64,000 nt of DNA from Candidatus Moraniibacteriota bacterium (GCA_026396275.1 JAPLXC010000002.1:10618-74617); one strand, 5' to 3'. Shown: positions 18,988 through 29,173, counted from the stretch's first letter. A program made the numbers and translations. The notes: a model not told the origin generated them from the letters alone.

Positions 18988-19368
18988 AATATGGCCTCCT
19001 TAAATTTTTGCTGTCCCGCCAAACTGGTCGGTAATCCTATTGATTAGGAAACAAGTTTTTTACTCTGTCCAAAGGACATTTTGGCAATTACTCAGATGAC
19101 CAAATAACCGCCAAAATGCCCTCTGGAAAATATTAATGAACTGTAACGCTTTATTGTAGCAAAAAAATCAGGCGTTGTCAATAGCTTATTAATAATTTTT
19201 GCTTAAATAAACTATTTTAATTTGCTTCGCTTTTTATATTACTACTTAATGCCTTAATTAAAGCAAAAAAATGGAAATTTAGCTAGAATAAAAAGTGGCT
19301 TTTTAAAGCCAAAAAACAATATATTTTTAGCTATTGTAATATTTATAACAAGCTATATACTTAAAATA

Positions 19369-22071
19369 ATGACAGATAATAAGCCAAAAAAACTCGTCCT
19401 CATCGACGGTAACGCTATTATTCACCGGGCTTATCATGCCCTGCCGCCGCTTACGACCAAAAAAGGGGAACTGGTCAACGCCGTGTACGGCTTTACTAGT
19501 GTCCTTCTTAAGGTTATCAGTGAACTCAAGCCGGATTATATTCTGGCCACTTTTGACTTGAAAGGACCGACTTTCCGCCATGAAGAATACAAAGAATACA
19601 AGGCCACTCGTCCCAAGGCCCCAGATGAACTGATCAATCAAATTGAAAGGGTAAAGGAGGTAGTCCGCGCTTTTAATATTCCTGTTTATGAAAAAAAAGG
19701 GTTCGAAGCCGATGACGTTATTGGCACACTGGCAAGACAAGCCGAGGAGAGCAAAGAGGATGGAGGAATTGAAAATATTATTGTTACCGGCGATTTGGAT
19801 ACCCTGCAATTGGTAGATCTAAAAACAAAAGTATACGCCCTGCGACGGGGAATGAGCGACACGACTGTTTACGATGATCAGGCGGTGAAAGAGCGTTATG
19901 GACTGGCGCCGAATCAGATGATTGATTACAAGGGCCTGCGCGGTGATCCTTCCGACAACATTCCCGGAGTGAAGGGCATCGGCGAAAAAACAGCCATTGA
20001 GCTTTTGCAAAAATATCATTCAATTGAAAATATTTACGCGAATCTGTCTGAAATCAGAGACACCCTTCGCGAAAAACTAGAGCGGGACAAAGCCCAGGCC
20101 ATACTTTCTAAACGGCTGGCAACTATTCATAAAGACGTTCCGGTGGAATTTAACCTGAAGATTTCTGTCACCCAAGAATTTGACCGCGGAAAAATTTTAA
20201 ACCTTTTTCAGGAACTTAATTTTTTTAGCTTGATCAAAAGGATACCCGGCACGAAACAGCCAATGGAATTTGAATCCGCGAGTGCTGAAAGCGGAGGAGT
20301 TAAGGACTTTAAATTTGAATACATAAGCCCGGACAAACTGGACGAATTCGTAAAAAAATTAAAAGAGCAAAAAGAAATTGCACTGTATCTTAGAACCACC
20401 GGGGATAAATACTATAACAGCGACTTGAAAGGAATTGCCTTTGCCTATGAAGCTGGGCGGGCGGGATACGTAGACAATATTAAAAATCAAATATCAAAAA
20501 TAAAAAATGTTATTGAAGATGAGAATATAGAAAAAATTGGATATGACTTAAAATATGTCATTGAGGTTTTAAAAAAATATGACATTAAACTTAAGGGCGA
20601 ATTATCTGACATTATGCTGGCGGCTTACGTTCTTGCTCCCGGAGGAAAAATTGAATTTAAAAATCTGGTTCTGGAGGAATTAGGGGAAGAAATAACGGCT
20701 CGCGGCAAAAAGGGCCAGTTGGGACTAGAAATAGATTCAAAGGAAGAAATAGCCGAGAAAATCTGCCAGGCTGCCGATTACATTTTCAAGCTCAAGCAAA
20801 TTTACGAGCCAAAACTGGAAAAAATAAGCACTGCCCAGAGAAACGAAAACAATCTCAAAAACATCTTCCAAAATATTGAAATGCCGCTCGTTGAAATTTT
20901 AGCCCACATGGAAATGAACGGCGTAAAGTTAAACACCATAATTTTTAAAGGCATATCCAAAAACATCGAGCAGAAAATCGAAAATCTGCAAAAAAGCATT
21001 TATAAGCTGGCCGAGGGTGAATTTAATATCAACTCTCCCCAACAGTTGTCTGAAGTATTATTTTCCAAATTAAAGCTTCCGGCCGAAGATATCAAAAAAA
21101 CCAAAACTGGTTACTCTACTGCTTCCGCGGAACTGGAAAAGCTCCGCGCCAAGCACAAAATAATCGAAAAAATTGAAGAATACCGGGAACTTTTTAAGCT
21201 GAAAACTACTTATCTCGACACTCTGCCGGACCTCGTTGATAAAAATTCCCGCCTTCATACCACTTTTAACCAAGCGGTAACGGCGACTGGCCGTCTTTCA
21301 TCATCAGATCCTAATCTGCAAAATATTCCCATCCGAACAGATTTGGGACAGATTCTTCGCACCGCGTTTGTCACTGAACATGGCTTCCGATTGATAAGCG
21401 GCGATTATTCCCAAATCGATCTTCGCGTGGTCGCTCATGTCAGCGGCGATAAAAAGCTGATTGAGACATTTGCCCGGGGAGAAGATATCCATCGCGCGAC
21501 AGCTTCCGAAATTTTTAAAACTTCTCCTTCCCAGGTAACCGAAACGATGCGCCGCAGCGCTAAAGCCCTTAATTTCGGCATTATTTATGGGATGAGCATC
21601 TTTGGATTTTCGGAGGCAGCGGGAATTGATCGAGATGAGGCCAAAAAGTTCATTGATGATTATATGGAAAAATTCCCCGGCGTGGCTGCCTACATAAGAG
21701 AGACGAAAGAATTTGCCAAGAAAAATGAATATGTGGAAACGCAGCTGGGACGCCGGCGCTATATCCCGGAAATTAACTCTCCCAATTTTCAAGTGGCACA
21801 GGCCGCCGAACGTATGGCTATTAATATGCCGATTCAGGGGCTCGCCGCCGACATTATGAAGCTGGCAATGATCAATATATACAAGGAATACCAAAACGAT
21901 CCGGGGGTAAAAATGGTTCTCCAGATTCACGATGAAATACTGCTGGAAGTCAAGGAAGAAATAGCCGAAAAGGTAGCCGAAAGATTAAAAGAGATTATGG
22001 AAAATGTTTATCAGTTGAAAGTTCCTTTAGTTGCTGAAGTGAAAATAGGAGATAATTGGGGAGAAATCTGA
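19369..22071 (+). CDS. polA: DNA polymerase I
   Basis: 900 aa. N-terminal 5'-3' exonuclease (LIDGNAIIHRAYHALPP). Polymerase motifs RLHTTFNQAVTATGRLSSSDPNLQNIP, DYSQIDLRVVAH and QIHDEILLEV. Confidence 0.92.
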   Translation: MTDNKPKKLVLIDGNAIIHRAYHALPPLTTKKGELVNAVYGFTSVLLKVISELKPDYILATFDLKGPTFRHEEYKEYKATRPKAPDELINQIERVKEVVRAFNIPVYEKKGFEADDVIGTLARQAEESKEDGGIENIIVTGDLDTLQLVDLKTKVYALRRGMSDTTVYDDQAVKERYGLAPNQMIDYKGLRGDPSDNIPGVKGIGEKTAIELLQKYHSIENIYANLSEIRDTLREKLERDKAQAILSKRLATIHKDVPVEFNLKISVTQEFDRGKILNLFQELNFFSLIKRIPGTKQPMEFESASAESGGVKDFKFEYISPDKLDEFVKKLKEQKEIALYLRTTGDKYYNSDLKGIAFAYEAGRAGYVDNIKNQISKIKNVIEDENIEKIGYDLKYVIEVLKKYDIKLKGELSDIMLAAYVLAPGGKIEFKNLVLEELGEEITARGKKGQLGLEIDSKEEIAEKICQAADYIFKLKQIYEPKLEKISTAQRNENNLKNIFQNIEMPLVEILAHMEMNGVKLNTIIFKGISKNIEQKIENLQKSIYKLAEGEFNINSPQQLSEVLFSKLKLPAEDIKKTKTGYSTASAELEKLRAKHKIIEKIEEYRELFKLKTTYLDTLPDLVDKNSRLHTTFNQAVTATGRLSSSDPNLQNIPIRTDLGQILRTAFVTEHGFRLISGDYSQIDLRVVAHVSGDKKLIETFARGEDIHRATASEIFKTSPSQVTETMRRSAKALNFGIIYGMSIFGFSEAAGIDRDEAKKFIDDYMEKFPGVAAYIRETKEFAKKNEYVETQLGRRRYIPEINSPNFQVAQAAERMAINMPIQGLAADIMKLAMINIYKEYQNDPGVKMVLQIHDEILLEVKEEIAEKVAERLKEIMENVYQLKVPLVAEVKIGDNWGEI

Positions 22072-22079
22072 TGCAAATT

Positions 22080-22153
22080 ATGATTCGAATTATATTCAAA
22101 TTAAGATACGAATTTGGATTGTAATTCGAATTTAATTCGTATATAAATTCGCA
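22080..22153. repeat. TACGAAT/ATTCGTA heptamer cluster between polA and fpg
   Basis: tgattcgaattatattcaaattaagatacgaatttggattgtaattcgaatttaattcgtatataaattcgcat. Confidence 0.5.
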
Positions 22154-22154
22154 T

Positions 22155-23024
22155 ATGCCGGAGCTGCCTGAAGTCCAAACAATAATTACTGATCTTAATA
22201 AGAAAATTAAAGGCGATATGATCGTCGGCTTTTGGACTGACTGGCCGAAGGCAATTAAAAATAAATCGGTTAAGAATTTTACAAGAGAAATTAAAGGAAG
22301 AAAAATTTTAGGGGCGCGAAGAATCGGGAAAAATATCTTTATTGATCTTTCCGGCGGAAAGACAATTTACATTCACCTAAAAATGACAGGGCACCTACTG
22401 GTTAAAAATCAAAAATCAAAAATCAAAAATCAAAAATATTTTAGGGAAAAAGTAAACCTGTATATTCACCACGTTTGGAAACTCAAAGCCCAAAACGCAA
22501 AACTTAAAACTTTGGAATTCTCGGATCTTAGAAAATTCGGGAAAATTTTATTAGTTGATACCGGAAAACTTAGGGAAATTAAAGAAATCAAAGAACTGGG
22601 AGTTGATATTATAAGTCCAGGCTTTACTCAAAAATTTTTTAATGCTTTACTGGATAAAAAACAGAACAAGAAAATCCGTGATATTTTAATGGATCAGCGT
22701 TTAATTTCTGGGATTGGAAATATTTACGCTTCAGAAATTCTCTATGAGGCCGGGATGCTGCCGGTAATATTAGCAAAAAATATAAACTCTCAAGAAAGAA
22801 CAAAGCTCTATAATTCCATTAAAGAAGTGCTTGAAAAAGCTATAAAACTAAGGGGAACTTCTGATTCTGATTATCGAGACACTTCCGGGGCGCCGGGAAG
22901 TTTCCAAAAAGTTCTCCGGGTGTACCGGTGCGAAGGACAGCCCTGCCGGAAATGTGGTACAATGGTAAAACGGATAAGAATGGGGCAAAGAAGTGCCTTT
23001 TACTGTCCCCGGTGTCAACATTAA
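22155..23024 (+). CDS. mutM: Formamidopyrimidine-DNA glycosylase (Fpg/Nei family)
   Basis: 289 aa. N-terminal MPELPEVQTI (catalytic Pro2/Glu3). C-terminal zinc finger CRKCGTMVKR...CPRCQ. Confidence 0.85.
   Translation: MPELPEVQTIITDLNKKIKGDMIVGFWTDWPKAIKNKSVKNFTREIKGRKILGARRIGKNIFIDLSGGKTIYIHLKMTGHLLVKNQKSKIKNQKYFREKVNLYIHHVWKLKAQNAKLKTLEFSDLRKFGKILLVDTGKLREIKEIKELGVDIISPGFTQKFFNALLDKKQNKKIRDILMDQRLISGIGNIYASEILYEAGMLPVILAKNINSQERTKLYNSIKEVLEKAIKLRGTSDSDYRDTSGAPGSFQKVLRVYRCEGQPCRKCGTMVKRIRMGQRSAFYCPRCQH
22404..22438 (+). repeat. Heptanucleotide microsatellite (AAAAATC)x4 plus a partial unit inside the fpg CDS
   Basis: aaaaatc aaaaatc aaaaatc aaaaatc aaaaata, encoding KNQKSKIKNQK. The unit length is not a multiple of three. 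Confidence 0.8.
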
Positions 23025-23033
23025 CTGGTTACT

Positions 23034-23138
23034 AATTACGAATTATTTACTAATATACAAATATACGAATATTTTATCCTCTCTTTCTTTTTAGAAAGAA
23101 AATTAAGAGATTAAATTCGTATATTCGTATAAAATTCG
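23034..23138. repeat. TACGAAT/ATTCGTA heptamer cluster with a central palindrome, 3' of fpg
   Basis: ttacgaatt..actaatatacaaatatacgaatatt - ctctttctttttagaaagaaaa - attcgtatattcgtataaaattcg. Inverted arms around the ttctttttagaaagaa palindrome. Confidence 0.55.
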
Positions 23139-23258
23139 CCCGCCTGCTTCAAAATTAATTATATGGCGGGATTAATGAAATTATTTGCTCCGAAAAAATA
23201 ACTAACGATGGCAACTCAACAATGAAGCATTTCGGGCAGGTAATTCGTAAAGAAAATC

Positions 23259-24368
23259 ATGAGTAAAAAGCAAAAAATAGTTATCGCTCTCATCGCCATT
23301 CTGGTCGCTGGATTAATTACTTACGCCACAGTGGGGCGGAAAATGATTCGTTCCAGCAAGGTAAAACAAATTAAAGTAGATCAGCAAGAAGCGGACGCCG
23401 GCTCTGCCAATCAGGGTCCGGTTAGCCCTATTTCCGGACTTTCCTGCGACAATTGGAATCGCCGGCCGATCGCCGTAATGCAGCCAGCTGATGTTCCCGC
23501 CCGCCCGGCTGCCGGCTTATCCGATGCGGACATGGTCATTGAAATGCCGGTTATTACAGCGACAATAACCCGCCTTATGGGAGTTTACGTCTGCAACGAC
23601 CCGGATGACGTTGGTTCAATGAGAAGCGCCCGGCACGATTTTGTCCATCTGGCTAAAGGACTGGATGCTATTTTTGTCCATTGGGGAAGATCGGATTTGG
23701 AGTGGTTTAAGGAACAACTAAACAATGGGGTTATTGATCAGATTAATTGCAACGATGACGCCGGCAAACCAGGTCTTCGGCTCGGATTCTGCTATCGAAA
23801 AGAAGCTAATGGAACGATGCGGGGAGTGGATACTGGGTACGCAAAATTTTCAAAGCTTATTGAAGGGGTAAAATATTACCAATACCGCCTGGAGAATAAA
23901 TTTTCCGGTTATCCTCACCAGGCTGAGCCCCCGATAGATCAGAGGCCAAGCGGCGGGCACTTGAGAGTGGCCTTTGCCGGTCCTTTCGCCGTTGAATATG
24001 ACTATGATAGAAGCGCAAACAGTTATTTGAGGACCTGGGGGAATGTTCTTGATACTGATCGTAATAATGGAAAAAGAATAGTTCCTAAAAATGTGGCGGT
24101 TTTATTTGCCCAATCATCCCAGATTGAAGGCCAATATAATAATGTCCAGCTGGGTGATCCTTGGATGGACACTTCCGACTCCGGAGACGCTTATTATTAT
24201 TTCAACGGAAAAGAATACCGGGGAACTTGGAAAAAAGACAAGGGAAACATTGCCAGTAAATTATTCTTCTATGACACTTCTGGCCAGGAAATAAAATTTG
24301 TTCCCGGCCAAATTTGGGTGGAAATTTTAGAGCCGGGGCAGCGACTGAAATGGGAACCAGTTCAGTAA
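23259..24368 (+). CDS. DUF3048-domain lipoprotein-like protein (YerB-like)
   Basis: 369 aa. N-terminal TM/signal. IAVMQPADVPARPAAGLSDADMVIEMPV resembles the DUF3048 N-terminal motif. Noticeably more GC-rich than its neighbours. Confidence 0.55.
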   Translation: MSKKQKIVIALIAILVAGLITYATVGRKMIRSSKVKQIKVDQQEADAGSANQGPVSPISGLSCDNWNRRPIAVMQPADVPARPAAGLSDADMVIEMPVITATITRLMGVYVCNDPDDVGSMRSARHDFVHLAKGLDAIFVHWGRSDLEWFKEQLNNGVIDQINCNDDAGKPGLRLGFCYRKEANGTMRGVDTGYAKFSKLIEGVKYYQYRLENKFSGYPHQAEPPIDQRPSGGHLRVAFAGPFAVEYDYDRSANSYLRTWGNVLDTDRNNGKRIVPKNVAVLFAQSSQIEGQYNNVQLGDPWMDTSDSGDAYYYFNGKEYRGTWKKDKGNIASKLFFYDTSGQEIKFVPGQIWVEILEPGQRLKWEPVQ

Positions 24369-24435
24369 TCATATAACACGCAACATATAACATGTAACAC
24401 AATAATTGGTTTCATGTTTTGGTTTCATATTTCAT
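24368..24435. repeat. CAYRTAACA/ATGTAACAT-family repeat between the DUF3048 gene and holA
   Basis: catataacacgcaacatataacatgtaacac ... gtttcatgttttggtttcatatttcatg (inverted arms). Confidence 0.45.
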
Positions 24436-25399
24436 GATAATTTTTCTTTACGGCGAGGATGCCTTTCGTTCCCGCCAAAAACTAGATGAGTTAAAAAACA
24501 GGTTTCTTACAAAGTACGGAGCCCAGGCCAGCCTTAGCGTGGTTGATGCTGAAGAGAACAGGGAAGTTAGATTGGCCGACCTGATTAATTCCCCAGGGCT
24601 TTTTTCCTCTATTTATTTAGTTATAATAAAAAATCTTATTTCTGAACTGGGAAAAGATCAGCAGGTAGAGATACTCAATCTTCTGCGGTCAAAAAAATCC
24701 CTTCTCGGGAGCAAAGACATTGTTTTAATTTTCTGGGAAAAAGAAATTCCCAATGCCAAAAGTGTTTTATTTCAGTTTCTGAAAAAAAATGCGCAGACGC
24801 AAAAGTTCGCTAAATTAGAAGGTGCTTCTCTTGCCCGCTGGATGCTTGATCAGCTGAAAGAACTGAATCCGGCGCTGGAAATCTCCCGAAAAGTCCTGGA
24901 AAAAATCGCCGCTTATACCGGAAACGACCTTTTCCAAATCAGCAGTGAATTCAAAAAACTAGCGAGCTTCAGAGAAAAAGGAAAAATAACTGAGGAAGAC
25001 GTGGATTTTCTAGTAACCTCAAAGATTAATATTAACATATTTGATACTATAGAGGCGGCTTCAGAGGGAAATAAAAAAAAGGCCTTGAAGCTCCTTCACC
25101 AACAGCTTCAGAGCGGAGAGGATCCTTTTTATGTCTTTTCTATGTATATTTATCAGTTTAGGAATCTGCTGAAAATCGGTGAGCTGCATTGGCAAGGAGT
25201 GGCAGAAAAACACAAACTGGCTAAAATTACTAAACTCCACCCTTTTGTCGTCCAAAAAACCCTGCCCCAGCTCAAAAATTTTACTCTCCAGAAACTTAAA
25301 AATATTTATCAAAAACTTCAAAAAACAGACGAGGAATTAAAGACAGGTAGAGCTGAAGATATCCAAGTAGAACTGGACAGGTTAATAATGGAGATTTGA
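24419..25399 (+). CDS. holA: DNA polymerase III delta subunit (HolA-like)
   Basis: 326 aa. MIIFLYGEDAFRSRQKLDELK is typical of the HolA N-terminus. The real start is probably the internal ATG near 24434. Confidence 0.65.
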   Translation: MVSYFMIIFLYGEDAFRSRQKLDELKNRFLTKYGAQASLSVVDAEENREVRLADLINSPGLFSSIYLVIIKNLISELGKDQQVEILNLLRSKKSLLGSKDIVLIFWEKEIPNAKSVLFQFLKKNAQTQKFAKLEGASLARWMLDQLKELNPALEISRKVLEKIAAYTGNDLFQISSEFKKLASFREKGKITEEDVDFLVTSKININIFDTIEAASEGNKKKALKLLHQQLQSGEDPFYVFSMYIYQFRNLLKIGELHWQGVAEKHKLAKITKLHPFVVQKTLPQLKNFTLQKLKNIYQKLQKTDEELKTGRAEDIQVELDRLIMEI

Positions 25400-25467
25400 C
25401 TGCCACGCGAGAACATGAAAAATAAAAATTGACCCTGGAGCCAATTTTTTTTAATACAGTTAATTAT

Positions 25468-25737
25468 TTACTTTTCCCCCATATTTTTTACCAGTTTATT
25501 AAGCCGCGTTTTCTTGCGGGCGGCTGTATTTTTTTTAATAACTTTTTTTTGTACTGCCTTATCAAGGGCTTTGACGGCAATTTTTAACCATTTCTTTGCT
25601 TCTTCACTATTTCCGCTTTCGGCAGCTTCCTTTGTTCTTTTTATGGCATTTTTTAAAATCCCTTTTATTTTTTTATTTTTTTCAGTTTTCCGGCCAGTAA
25701 CCCGCATATATTTTTTAGCTGATTTTTTAATAGGCAT
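25468..25737 (-). CDS. rpsT: Ribosomal protein S20
   Basis: 89 aa, Lys/Ala-rich. IKKNTAARKKTRL and KNAIKRTKEA follow the S20 pattern. Confidence 0.8.
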   Translation of the reverse strand: MPIKKSAKKYMRVTGRKTEKNKKIKGILKNAIKRTKEAAESGNSEEAKKWLKIAVKALDKAVQKKVIKKNTAARKKTRLNKLVKNMGEK

Positions 25738-25847
25738 AACATTTCCCTCAAATTCAAGATTTAAAAGTAAAAATCGAATTTGAAAATTAAAATTTATAGC
25801 TTAATATACACTTGCAAAAAATTACAGTTTTAATTATTTAGGCTCCT

Positions 25848-26132
25848 TTAATTTTTTATTTTGATTTCTTCGACTTCTTCTGTTCCTATTTCTTTATTTA
25901 TTTTCCTGATTATGTCGCGCCGGTTCATCCAGATTTCATTGGCCCAATTTGAGTTTTTGGCTTGGAGAAAAAGTGTTTTTTTCTTAAAAAATTGGGGAGT
26001 TACATTTTCAACGCCTCGGCTACCATATTCTTTTTGAACCACTTGTCGGAAAATATAGAAAATGCTTTTGTCATCTAAATTTACTTTGGCCGAGGTTTTT
26101 TTACCTTTCAATAAAAGCTTTATTCTCTTCAT
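25848..26132 (-). CDS. DUF721/DciA-like protein immediately downstream of dnaN
   Basis: 94 aa and basic. NWANEIWMNRRDIIRKINKEIG plus the position after dnaN fit DciA/DUF721. Confidence 0.45.
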   Translation of the reverse strand: MKRIKLLLKGKKTSAKVNLDDKSIFYIFRQVVQKEYGSRGVENVTPQFFKKKTLFLQAKNSNWANEIWMNRRDIIRKINKEIGTEEVEEIKIKN

Positions 26133-26136
26133 AGCG

Positions 26137-27285
26137 CTAGCTTTTTATTGGCATAACTACATAGGCGTATTCTTTCACGGCTTTTTTTGTTTCATCACCC
26201 ATCATTTGAAGAAGAGCAGGTGAAGAATTATTATTAACGGAAAGCGCCAAAGAATAGGTGTTAATGGAATTAATTCCGTCCAGGATGTAACGGGGATTAA
26301 ATACAATTTCTTGATCCGGGCCGGATACTTCCGCGCGCAACTGACTTTTATTTTCTCCCGCTTCTTCTGATTGCGCCTGAATAACGACTTTTTTGTTTTT
26401 GGAATCAATTTTAAAATTTACCTCTCCGGATTTGCCGTGAGTGAAAATACTGGCTACTTTTACCGCCCGGGATAATTCTTCTTTACCAAGATACGCCCGA
26501 GTAGCGAATTCTTTTGGAATTATGTGTTTGTATTCCGGATATTTCCCGTTAATAAGACGGGACACAACCTTAATGGAATCAACCTGGAAGAAAATCTGGT
26601 TCTCTCCGATAGCAATTTTTACTTCCTGGGTTTCGTTGCCAATGATCCGCAATACTTCCGCAAAGGCCTGAGCCGGAATAATGAGTGAATTCACCTTGGA
26701 CATAAATACCGGATATTTTCCGTCTTTTTCCTGCTTTACGGGAAGAATAGCTTCGGCCAGGCGAAAACTGTCAGTGCCGGCTAAATGAATCTCCTTCTCA
26801 AAAAATAGCACGTTCACTCCGGTAAGTTCCGGCCTGGCATTGTCGATTGAAACGCACACAAGCAGTTTTGAAATTATATCCCTTAATTTCTGGGCAGGGA
26901 GAGAAAATAGAAAATCTCCTTCTAATTCAGGAATAATGGGAAATTCTTGGGCGCCCAGTCCTTTAATTTGAGCGTCATACTCTCCGCTAGATATTTTTAA
27001 AATAGAATTTTTAACTTCCAAGGAAATAGTGTCACTAATCGGCAAATTACTGACAAACCCACTAATAAGTTTAGCTGGGACTGTTATTTTTCCTTCTTTT
27101 TCTATTTTTGCTCCTATTTTTAATGATACTCCAATTTCTAAATTAGTAGCTGAAGCTTTCAACATGCCTTTTTCCGTCTCCAATAAAATATTTTCCAGAA
27201 TTGGAAGGGTTATTTGCCTTCCCACTACTCGCTCTGTGTTGTATATCGCTTTTTTAAAATTTTCCTGAGTGCAAATTAATTTCAT
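26137..27285 (-). CDS. dnaN: DNA polymerase III beta sliding clamp
   Basis: 382 aa, three-domain clamp. N-terminal MKLICTQENFKKAIYNTERVVGRQITLPILENILLE. Confidence 0.9.
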   Translation of the reverse strand: MKLICTQENFKKAIYNTERVVGRQITLPILENILLETEKGMLKASATNLEIGVSLKIGAKIEKEGKITVPAKLISGFVSNLPISDTISLEVKNSILKISSGEYDAQIKGLGAQEFPIIPELEGDFLFSLPAQKLRDIISKLLVCVSIDNARPELTGVNVLFFEKEIHLAGTDSFRLAEAILPVKQEKDGKYPVFMSKVNSLIIPAQAFAEVLRIIGNETQEVKIAIGENQIFFQVDSIKVVSRLINGKYPEYKHIIPKEFATRAYLGKEELSRAVKVASIFTHGKSGEVNFKIDSKNKKVVIQAQSEEAGENKSQLRAEVSGPDQEIVFNPRYILDGINSINTYSLALSVNNNSSPALLQMMGDETKKAVKEYAYVVMPIKS

Positions 27286-27580
27286 ATGTTTATAAAATTA
27301 TTATATTATATAAATTAGATTATATTTATTACTATAAAAAGAATAAAATTAGATGTTTATTATTTTTTGCTTTAGTAAAAACAATTTTTTAATATTTAAA
27401 TTGTGGATAAATAGGTTATTAATAGAATTATTTTTTGTGGGAAAAAGTTTATAAATTAGGAGAAAATAATTTCTTAATTTAAATAAACAATTTACGACAT
27501 TCCTTCTTCACAGGTTAATTGAATAGATATTCAAGGGAAATACAAAGGAATATCCGTATTAGTACACATAATATCCACAG
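27286..27580. promoter_or_regulatory. Candidate oriC: dnaA-dnaN intergenic region with DnaA boxes and an AT-rich unwinding stretch
   Basis: Perfect DnaA box TTATCCACA (as tgtggataa, 27402-27410). One-mismatch box atatccaca at 27571-27579. Extremely AT-rich 27290-27400. Confidence 0.5.
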
Positions 27581-28957
27581 CTAGATATTATAAATCCTTT
27601 CTTTTATAATTTCTATTTCCTCTTTGAGCTTTTCATTCTCCTCTACCTCTCTGGATATTTTATCAAACGCGTGAAGGGCAGTGGTATGGTTGCGGCCACC
27701 AAACCGCTCTCCGATGCTAGGATAAGAAGTATTAAGCTCGCTTCGCATCAGATACATAGCAACTTGGCGGGCGCGGGCAATTTCCTTTTTTCTTCCTTTG
27801 ATAATGAGCTTTTTGTCGTCAATGCCATAAAATTCTGAAACGGCGTCAATAATATGTTTGTGTTGTACACCCTTCTTTTTGCCGCTGGTGATTATTTCTG
27901 AAAGGGACTGCCGAACAAATTTCAAAGAAGGGGGTTTTTTATTGAACTCACTGATAGCAATAATTCTGTTTAGTGCTCCCTCAAGCTCCCGGATATTGCT
28001 TTTAATGTTCTCGGCGACAAACCTGATTGTCTCGTCATCCAGGTAAATGTCACGCTCGGCTGATTTTGCCTTTAAAATAGCCATTCTTGTCTCTAAATCT
28101 GGCTTTCCGATATCGGCTATCATACCTCCTTCAAAGCGGGACCGCAAACGCTCTTCAATGGTGGGTATGGCCTTGGGGGGTCGGTCGCTGCTGATCACAA
28201 TCTGTTTGTTAATCTGGTATAAAACGTTAAAAATATGGAAAAATTCATTTTGGGTTTTTTCTTTCCCAGAAAGAAACTGAATGTCATCGATAATTAGCAA
28301 GTCAATTTTCTGGTAATCGGCTTTAAACTGGGCAATACTTTGGTTTTTTATTGATTCAATAAGTTCATTGGCAAATCTTTCAGAAGTTATGTATTTTATT
28401 TTTTTGTGGTCGTCTTTTTTTATAATCTCATTTCCAATTGATTGAAGAAGATGGGTTTTTCCCAGGCCCACCCCGCCGTAAATAAAAAGAGGATTGTAAG
28501 CCCTTCCTAGGTTTTGGGAAACTGCGTAACAAGCAGCACGCGCCAGCTCGTTACTTTCTCCAATAATGAAATTTTCAAATAAATATCTAGGATTTAAGCT
28601 GCTATCTTGGTGGATATCATAAGAATCTGACAAAGAGGCGGACATTCTTTTGCTCTGCTTTGGTATCTGGACGGCATCTACATTTTTTACAGGACTCTGA
28701 GAAGTTCCCTGGAAATTATAAACAGCGCAACTGACTTCTTTTATATCTTGCTGCAAATTGCGAAGAGAGCGGAGAACGTAAGCGTAATACTTATTTTCCA
28801 GCCATTCTTTAGCAAACCCATTAGGAACGCCAATGATCACCCGGCCGCCTTCATTAGAAAGAATAGTGGTATTTTTAAACCAAGTGACAAAATTTGCTTT
28901 AGAAATAGAAAGCTCTATTTCACCTAAGGCAGCTTGCCATAACTCTTCATTAGTCAT
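27581..28957 (-). CDS. dnaA: Chromosomal replication initiator DnaA
   Basis: AAA+ Walker A GGVGLGKTHLLQSIGNE and a C-terminal DNA-binding domain. Start re-set to MTNEELWQAALGE; the track extends to 28990. Confidence 0.92.
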   Translation of the reverse strand: MTNEELWQAALGEIELSISKANFVTWFKNTTILSNEGGRVIIGVPNGFAKEWLENKYYAYVLRSLRNLQQDIKEVSCAVYNFQGTSQSPVKNVDAVQIPKQSKRMSASLSDSYDIHQDSSLNPRYLFENFIIGESNELARAACYAVSQNLGRAYNPLFIYGGVGLGKTHLLQSIGNEIIKKDDHKKIKYITSERFANELIESIKNQSIAQFKADYQKIDLLIIDDIQFLSGKEKTQNEFFHIFNVLYQINKQIVISSDRPPKAIPTIEERLRSRFEGGMIADIGKPDLETRMAILKAKSAERDIYLDDETIRFVAENIKSNIRELEGALNRIIAISEFNKKPPSLKFVRQSLSEIITSGKKKGVQHKHIIDAVSEFYGIDDKKLIIKGRKKEIARARQVAMYLMRSELNTSYPSIGERFGGRNHTTALHAFDKISREVEENEKLKEEIEIIKERIYNI

Positions 28958-28980
28958 ATGTTTTAGAAAACACGATTGTA

Positions 28981-29063
28981 TTATGCACAAGAAAGTATAT
29001 CACGGTCAAGTTGTTCACACCAGTCAAATTAGTTCATAAACTTGTTTATAATATGTGAATAAG
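28981..29063. promoter_or_regulatory. DnaA-box cluster in the dnaA promoter/leader
   Basis: ttatgcaca (28981-28989, fits TTATNCACA), ttgttcaca (29011-29019) and tgtgaataa (29055-29063, reverse complement of TTATTCACA). Confidence 0.45.
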
Positions 29064-29173
29064 ATATCAGATTCCGGGTTCTCGTAATCACTTAATGATG
29101 TATTGACTTTTCCGGGTCTGCTGATAAACTTTCCTATAGCTGTCGTTTATAATTTTTCAAGGGTAAAATCTCG

